64,000 nucleotides of DNA from Eledone cirrhosa (lineage: Eukaryota). The notes under the pieces were generated by a model that saw only the letters and a program-made list of their open reading frames with translations, made no database searches and was not told the DNA's origin. The translations under genes were made by a program, and so were the position numbers. Positions 56,900-64,000 of this stretch are shown one piece after another. Where the stretch lies: contig OZ024741.1 in NCBI GenBank assembly GCA_964016885.1, positions 115,444,001-115,508,000 of the forward strand, given 5' to 3'. Position 1 is the first letter of the stretch; the number at the start of each line of letters is the position of its first letter.

Positions 56900-59800
56900 A
56901 TTTGTCATAGAATATAGATATAACTCTGATTGAAAGATGTTCTTGAGGTGGGGGTTACATTTGTCATAGAGTATAGATATAACTCTGATTGAAAGATGTT
57001 CTTGTGGTGGGGGTTACATTTGTCATAGAATATAGATATAACTCTGATTGAAAGATGTTCTTGAGGTGGGGGTTACATTTGTCATAGAATATAGATATAA
57101 CTCTGATTGAAAGATGTTCTTGAGGTGGGGGTTGCATTTGTCATAGAATATAGACATAACACTGATTGAAAGATTTTGTTGAGGTAGGTGTTACATTTGT
57201 CATAGAATATAGATATAACTATGATTGAAAGATGTTCTTGAGGTAGGGGTTACATTTGTCATAGAATATAGATATAACTCTGACTGAAAGATGTGGTTGA
57301 TGTAGGGGTTACATTTGTCATAGAATATAGATATAACTCTGAATGCAAGATATTCCTAGGTACGGGTTACATTTGTCAGAGAATATAGATATAACGCTGA
57401 TTGAATGATTATCTTGAAGTAGGGTTTACATTTGTCATAGAATATAGATATATCTCTGATAGAAAGATGTTCTTGAGGTGGGGGTTACATTTGTCATAGA
57501 ATATAGATATAACTCTGATTAAAAGATGTTCTTGAGATGGGGGTTACATTTGTCATAGAGTATAGATATATCTCTGAATGAAATATGTACTTGAAGTAGG
57601 GGTTACAATTGTTATAGAATTTAGATATAACTCTGATTGAAAGATATTCTTGAGGTAGGGGTTACATTTGTCATAGAATATAGATATAACCCTGATTGAA
57701 AGATTTTGTTGAGGTGGAGGTTACATTTGTCATAGAATATAGATATAACTCTCATTGAAAGATTTTGTTGAGGTGGGGGTTACATTTGTCATAGAATATA
57801 GATATAACTCTGATTGAAAGATTTTGTTGAGATGGGGGTTACATTTGTCATAGAATAGAGATATAACACTGATTGAAAGATTGTGTTGAGGTGGGATTTA
57901 CATTTGTCATAGAATATAGATATAACTCTGATTGAAAGATTTTGTTGAGGTGGGGGTTACATTTGTCATAGTATATAGATATAACTCTGATTGAAAGATT
58001 TTGTTGATGTAGGGGTTACATTTGTCTTAGAATATAGATATAACTCTGATAGAAAGATGATCTTGAGGTAGGGGTTACACTTGTCCTAGGATATAGATAT
58101 AACCTTGATTGAAAGATGTTCTTGAGGTGGGGGTTACATTTGTCATAGAGTATAGATATAACTCTGTTTGAAAGATGTTCTTGAGATGGGGGTTACATTT
58201 GTCATAGAATATACATATATCTCTGAATGAAATATGTACTTGAAGTAGGGGTTACATTTGTCATAGAATATAGATATAACTATGATTGAAAGATTATCTT
58301 GAAGGAGGGGTTACATTTGTCATAGGATATAGATATAACTCAGACTAAAAGATGATCTTGAGGTAGGGGTTACATTTGTTATAGAATATAGTTATAACTC
58401 TGATTGAAAGATATTCTTGAGGTAGGGGTTACATTTGTCATAGAATATAGATATAACTCTGACTGAAAGGTATTATTGAGGTAGGGGTTACATTTGTCAT
58501 AGAATATAGATATAACTTTGATTGAAAGATATTCTTGAGGTAGGGGTTACATTTGTCATAGAATAGAGATATAACACTGATTGAAAGATTTTGTTGATGT
58601 AGGGGTTACATTTGTCATAGAATATAGATATAACTCTGACTGAAAGATATTATTGAGGTAAGGTTACAATTGTCATAGAATATAGATATAACTCTGATCG
58701 AAAGTAATACTTGAGGTGGGGGTTACATTTGTCATAGAATAGAGATATAACACTGATTGAAAGATGATCTTGAGGTAGGGTTACATTTGTCATAGAATAT
58801 AGATATAACTCTGTTTGAAAGATGTTCTTGAGATGGGGGTTACATATGTCATAGAATATAGATATAACTCAGATTAAAAGATGTTCTTGAGGTGGGGTTA
58901 CATTTGACATAGAAAATAGATATAACTCTGTTTGAAAGATGTTCTTGAGGTGGGGGTTACATTTGTCATAGAATATAGATATAACTCTGATTGAAAGATG
59001 TTCTTGAGATGGGGGTTACGTTTGTCATAGAATATAGATATAACTCTGATTGAAAGATGTTCTTGAGGTGGGGTTACATTTGTCATAGAATATAGATATA
59101 ACTCTGATTGAAAGATGTTCTTGAGGTGGGGTTACATTTGTCATAGAATATAGATATAACTCTGATTGAAAGATGTTCTTGAGATGGGGGTTACATTTGT
59201 CATAGAATATAGATATAACTCTGATTGAAAGATGTTCTTGAGGTGGGGTTACATTTGTCATAGAATATAGATATAACTCTGATTGAAAGATGTTCTTGAG
59301 GTGGGGGTTACATTTGTCATAGAATATAGATATAACTCTGATTGAAAGATGTTCTTGAGATGGGGGTTACATTTGTCATAGAATATAGATATTTCTCTGA
59401 ATGAAATATGTATTTGAAGTAGGGGTTACATTTGTCATAGAATATAGATATAACTATGATTGAAAGATTATCTTGAAGGAGGTGTTACATTTGTCATAGG
59501 ATATAGATATAACTCTGATCGAAAGAAATACTTGAGGTGGGGGTTACATATGTCATAGAATATGGATATAACTCAGATTGAAAGATGTTCTTGAGGTGGG
59601 GTTACATTTGTCATAGAATATAGATATAACTCTGTTTGAAAGATGTTCTTGAGGTGGGGGTTACATTTGTCATAGAGTATAGATATAACTCTGATTGAAA
59701 GATGTTCTTGAGGTGGGGGTTACATTTGTCATAGAATATAGATATAACTCTGATTGAAAGATGTTCTTGAGGTGGGGGTTACATTTGTCATAGAATATAG

Positions 59801-61660
59801 TTATAACTCTGATTGAAAGATGTTCTTGAGGTGGGGGTTGCATTTGTCATAGAATATAGACATAACACTGATTGAAAGATTTTGTTGAGGTAGGTGTTAC
59901 ATTTGTCATAGAATATAGATATAACTATGATTGAAAGATGTTCTTGAGGTAGGGGTTACATTTGTCATAGAATATAGATATAACTCTGATTGAAAGATGT
60001 GGTTGATGTAGGGGTTACATTTGTCATAGAATATAGATATAACTCTGAATGCAAGATATTCCTAGGTACGGGTTACATTTGTCAGAGAATATAGATATAA
60101 CGCTGATTGAATGATTATCTTGAAGTAGGGTTTACATTTGTCATAGAATATAGATATATCTCTGATAGAAAGATGTTCTTGAGGTGGGGGTTACATTTGT
60201 CATAGAATATAGATATAACTCTGATTGAAAGATGTTCTTGAGATGGGGGTTACATTTGTCATAGAATATAGATATATCTCTGAATGAAATATGTACTTGA
60301 AGTAGGGGTTACATTTGTTATAGAATTTAGATATAACTCTGATTGAAAGATATTCTTGAGGTAGGGGTTACATTTGTCATAGAATATAGATATAACCCTG
60401 ATTGAAAGATTTTGTTGAGGTGGGGGTTACATTTGTCATAGAATATAGATATAACTCTCATTGAAAGATTTTGTTGAGGTGGGGGTTACATTTGTCATAG
60501 AATATAGATATAACTCTGATTGAAAGATTTTGTTGAGATGGGGGTTACATTTGTCATAGAATAGAGATATAACACCGATTGAAAGATTTTGTTGAGGTGG
60601 GGTTTACATTTGTCATAGAATATAGATATAACTCTTATTGAAAGATTTTGTTGAGGTGGGGGTTACATTTGTCATAGTATATAGATATAACTCTGATTGA
60701 AAGATTTTGTTGATGTAGGGGTTACATTTGTCTTAGAATATAGATATAACTCTGATAGAAAGATGATCTTGAGGTAGGGGTTACACTTGTCCTAGGATAT
60801 AGATATAACCTTGATTGAAAGATGTTCTTGAGGTGGGGGTTACATTTGTCATAGAGTATAGATATAACTCTGTTTGAAAGATGTTCTTGAGATGGGGGTT
60901 ACATTTGTCATAGAATATAGATATATCTCTGAATGAAATATGTACTTGAAGTAGGGGTTACATTTGTCATAGAATATAGATATAACTATGATTGAAAGAT
61001 TATCTTGAAGGAGGGGTTACATTTGTCATAGGATATAGATATAACTCAGACTAAAAGATGATCTTGAGGTAGGGGTTACATTTGTTATAGAATATAGTTA
61101 TAACTCTGATTGAAAGATATTCTTGAGGTTGGGGTTACATTTGTCATAGAATATAGATATAACTCTGACTGAAAGGTATTATTGAGGTAGGGGTTACATT
61201 TGTCATAGAATATAGATATAACTTTGATTGAAAGATATTCTTGAGGTAGGGGTTACATTTGTCATAGAATAGATATATAACACTGATTGAAAGATTTTGT
61301 TGATGTAGGTGTTACATTTGTCATAGAATATAGATATAACTGTGACTGAAAGATATTATTGAGGTAAGGTTACAATTGTCATAGAATATAGATATAACTC
61401 TGATCGAAAGTAATACTTGAGGTGGGGGTTACATTTGTCATAGAATAGAGATATAACACTGATTGAAAGATGATCTTGAGGTAGGGTTACATTTGTCATA
61501 GAATATAGATATAACTCTGTTTGAAAGATGTTCTTGAGATGGGGGTTACATATGTCATAGAATATAGATATAACTCAGATTAAAAGATGTTCTTGAGGTG
61601 GGGTTACATTTGTCATAGAAAATAGATATAACTCTGTTTGAAAGATGTTCTTGAGGTGGG
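56900..61660 (+). repeat. Duplicated block, offset 2,706 bp (about 46 monomers; about 56900-58950 vs about 59610-61660)
   Basis: CCTAGGTACGGG (TACG at 57361/60067) and AAAGTAATAC at 58701/61407. GAAAGGTATT, AACTTTG and GGTAAGG are repeated at the same offset. Confidence 0.85.
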
Positions 61661-64000
61661 GGTTACATTTGTCATAGAGTATAGATATAACTCTGATTGA
61701 AAGATGTTCTTGAGGTGGGGGTTACATTTGTCATAGAATATAGATATAACTCTGATTGAAAGATGTTCTTGAGGTGGGGGTTACATCTGTCATAGAATAT
61801 AGATATAACTCTGATTGAAAGATGTTCTTGAGGTGGGGGTTACATTTGTCATAGAATATAGATATAACACTGATTGAAAGATTTTGTTGAGGTAGGGGTT
61901 ACATTTGTCATAGAATATAGATATAACTATGATTGAAAGATGTTCTTGAGGTAGGGGTTACATTTGTCATGGAATATAGATATAACTCTGATTGAAAGAT
62001 GTGGTTGAAGTAGGGGTTACATTTGTCATAGAATATAATTATAACTCTGAATGCAAGATATTCTTAGGTACGGGTTACATTTGTCATAGAATATAGATAT
62101 AACGCTGATTGAATGATTATCTTGAAGTAGGGGTTACATTTGTCATAGAATATAGATATAACTCTGAATGCAAGATATTCATAGGTAGGAGTTACATTTG
62201 TCATAGAATATAGATATAACACTGATTGAAAGATTTTGTTGAGGTAGGGGTTAAATTTGTCATAGAATATAGATATAACTATGATTGAAAGATATTCTTG
62301 AGGTAGGGGTTACATTTGTCATAGAATATAGATATAACGCTGATTGAAAGATTATCTTGAAGTAGGGGTTACATTTGTCATAGGATATAGATATAACTCA
62401 GACTAAAAGATGATCTTGAGGTAGGGGTTACGTTTGTTATAGAATATAGATATAACTCTGAATGCAAGATATTCTTAGGTAGGAGTTACATTTGTCATAG
62501 AGTATAGATATAACTCTGTTTGAAAGATGTTCTTGAGGTGGGGGTTACATTTGTCATACAATATAGATATAACTCTTATTGAAAGATGTTCTTGAGGTTG
62601 GGGTTACATTTGTCATAGAATATAGATATAACTCTGATTGAAAGATGTTCTTGAGGTGGTGTTTACATTTGTCATAGAATATATATATAACTCTGAGTGA
62701 AAGATTTTCTTGAGGTGGAGGTTACATTTGTCATAGAATATAGATATAACTCTGATAGAAAGATGTTCTTGAGGTGGGGGTTACATTTGACATAGAATAT
62801 AGATATAACCCTGATTGAAAGATGTTCTGGAGGTGGGGTTACATTTGTCATAGAAAATAGATATAACTCAGAATAAAAGATTATCTTGAGGTAGGGGTTA
62901 CATTTGTTATAGAATATAGATATAACCCTGATTGAAAGATTTTGTTGAGGTGGGGGTTACATTTGTCACAGAATATAGATATAACTCTCATTGATAGATT
63001 TTGTTGAGGTGGGGGTTACATTTGTCATAGAATATAGATATAACTCTGATTGAAAGATTTTGTTGAGGTGGGGGTTACATTTGTCATAGAATAGAGATAT
63101 AACACTGATTGAAAGATTTTGTTGAGGTGGGGGTTACATTTGTCATAGAATATAGATATAACTCTGATTGAGAGATGATCTTGAGGTAGGGGTTACACTT
63201 GTCCTAGGATATAGATATAACCTTGATTGAAAGATGTTCTTGAGGTAGGGGTTACACTTGTCATACAGTATAGATATAACGCTGTTTGAAAGATGTTCTT
63301 GAGATGGGGGTTACATTTGTCATAGAATATAGATATAACACTGATTGAAAGATGTTCTTGAGGTGGGGGTTACATTTGTCATAGAATATAGATATAACTC
63401 TGATTGAAAGATGTTCTTGAGATGGGGTTACATTTGTCATAGAATATAGATATATCTCTGAATGAAATATGTACTTGAAGTAGGGGTTACATTTGTCATA
63501 GAATATAGATATAACTATGATTGAAAGATTATCTTGAAGTAGGGGTTACATTTGTCATAGGATATAGATATAACTCAGACTAAAAGATGATCTTGATGTA
63601 GGGGTTACATTTGTTATAGAATATAGATATAACTCTGATTGAAAGATATTCTTGAGGTAGGGGTTACATTTGTCATAGAATATAGATATAACTCTGTTTG
63701 AAAGATGTTCTTTAGATGGGGGTTACATATGTCATAGAATAGAGATATAACACTGATTGAAAGATGATCTTGAGGTAGGGTTACATTTGTCATAGAATAT
63801 AGATATGACTCTGTTTGAAAGATGTTCTTGAGATGGGGGTTACATATGTCATAGAATATAGATATAACTCAGATTGAAAGATGTTCTTGAGGTGGGGTTA
63901 CATTTGTCAAAGTATATAGATATAACTATGTTTGAAAGATGTTCTTGAGGTGGGGGTTACATTTGTCATAGAATATAGATATAACTATGATTGAAAGATG

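Larger units (their letters stand above)
1..64000 (+). repeat. Tandem satellite DNA array, 59-bp monomer (58-bp and poly-G-expanded variants), about 1,080 copies, single orientation, running off both window ends
   Basis: The motif GTTACATTTGTCATAGAATATAGATATAAC recurs on essentially every 60-nt line and shifts 1 nt left per line, giving a 59-bp period (e.g. 8231, 8290). No inverted monomers were seen. Confidence 0.99.

Noticed and set aside
19-59261. All 25 minus-strand ORFs (60-162 aa; MTNVTP/LSIRVISIFYDKCNP/NIFQSELYLYS peptides)
   Set aside because: They are translations of the 59-bp monomer cycling through three frames. One frame ends at the in-repeat stop (..YIYIL*), and longer ORFs arise only where 58-bp or poly-G length variants skip that frame. 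There is no unique sequence, recognisable domain or frame conservation.
1-64000. CRISPR-like appearance (constant ~28-30 bp plus variable ~30 bp)
   Set aside because: The would-be spacers are all minor variants of one sequence rather than unique acquisitions. There is no leader, no cas gene and no convincing repeat hairpin.
1-64000. Telomere-like motif (TAGGGGTTA / GGGGTTAC; occasional TTAGG or TTAGGG)
   Set aside because: There is only one degenerate unit per 59 bp and never a tandem telomeric run. This is insufficient to call telomeric or subtelomeric origin.
1-64000. TATA-like promoter and GATA-like sites (ATATAGATATAA)
   Set aside because: These are simply part of the AT-rich monomer repeated about 1,080 times. 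There is no downstream gene or other evidence of regulatory function.
1-64000. Antigenic-variation cassette array or diversity-generating system
   Set aside because: There is no expression locus, reverse transcriptase or recombinase, and no preserved reading frame. The variation pattern is explained by ordinary point mutation plus block duplication.
1-64000. Definite centromere assignment or named satellite family
   Set aside because: I do not recognise the monomer. HOR structure alone does not establish centromere function; CENH3 data and a database search are needed.

Overview
The whole 64-kb window is one head-to-tail, single-orientation satellite DNA array of about 1,080 monomers (64,000/59). 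The 59-bp consensus is GTTACATTTGTCATAGAATATAGATATAACTCTGATTGAAAGATGTTCTTGAGGTGGGG (G(T/A)GGGG end variable; about 34% GC; 15 G vs 5 C on + strand). I find no credible genes, RNA genes or CRISPR arrays; all supplied ORFs are frame-walks through the monomer. The array is hierarchically organised. A ~7.5-kb (~127-monomer) higher-order unit is repeated about 4.2 times at 5.3-33.3 kb with phase-preserving deletions, and shorter local duplications (0.18-3.5 kb) lie on either side. The only non-satellite sequence I could see is a 43-bp insert at 46812-46854, flanked by a perfect 10-bp direct repeat (ATTATTGAGG), with several empty-site monomers nearby. It looks like an extremely 5'-truncated non-LTR retroposon (SINE/LINE 3' end). 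The context is most consistent with eukaryotic heterochromatin; the organism cannot be determined from the sequence. All comparisons were made by eye.
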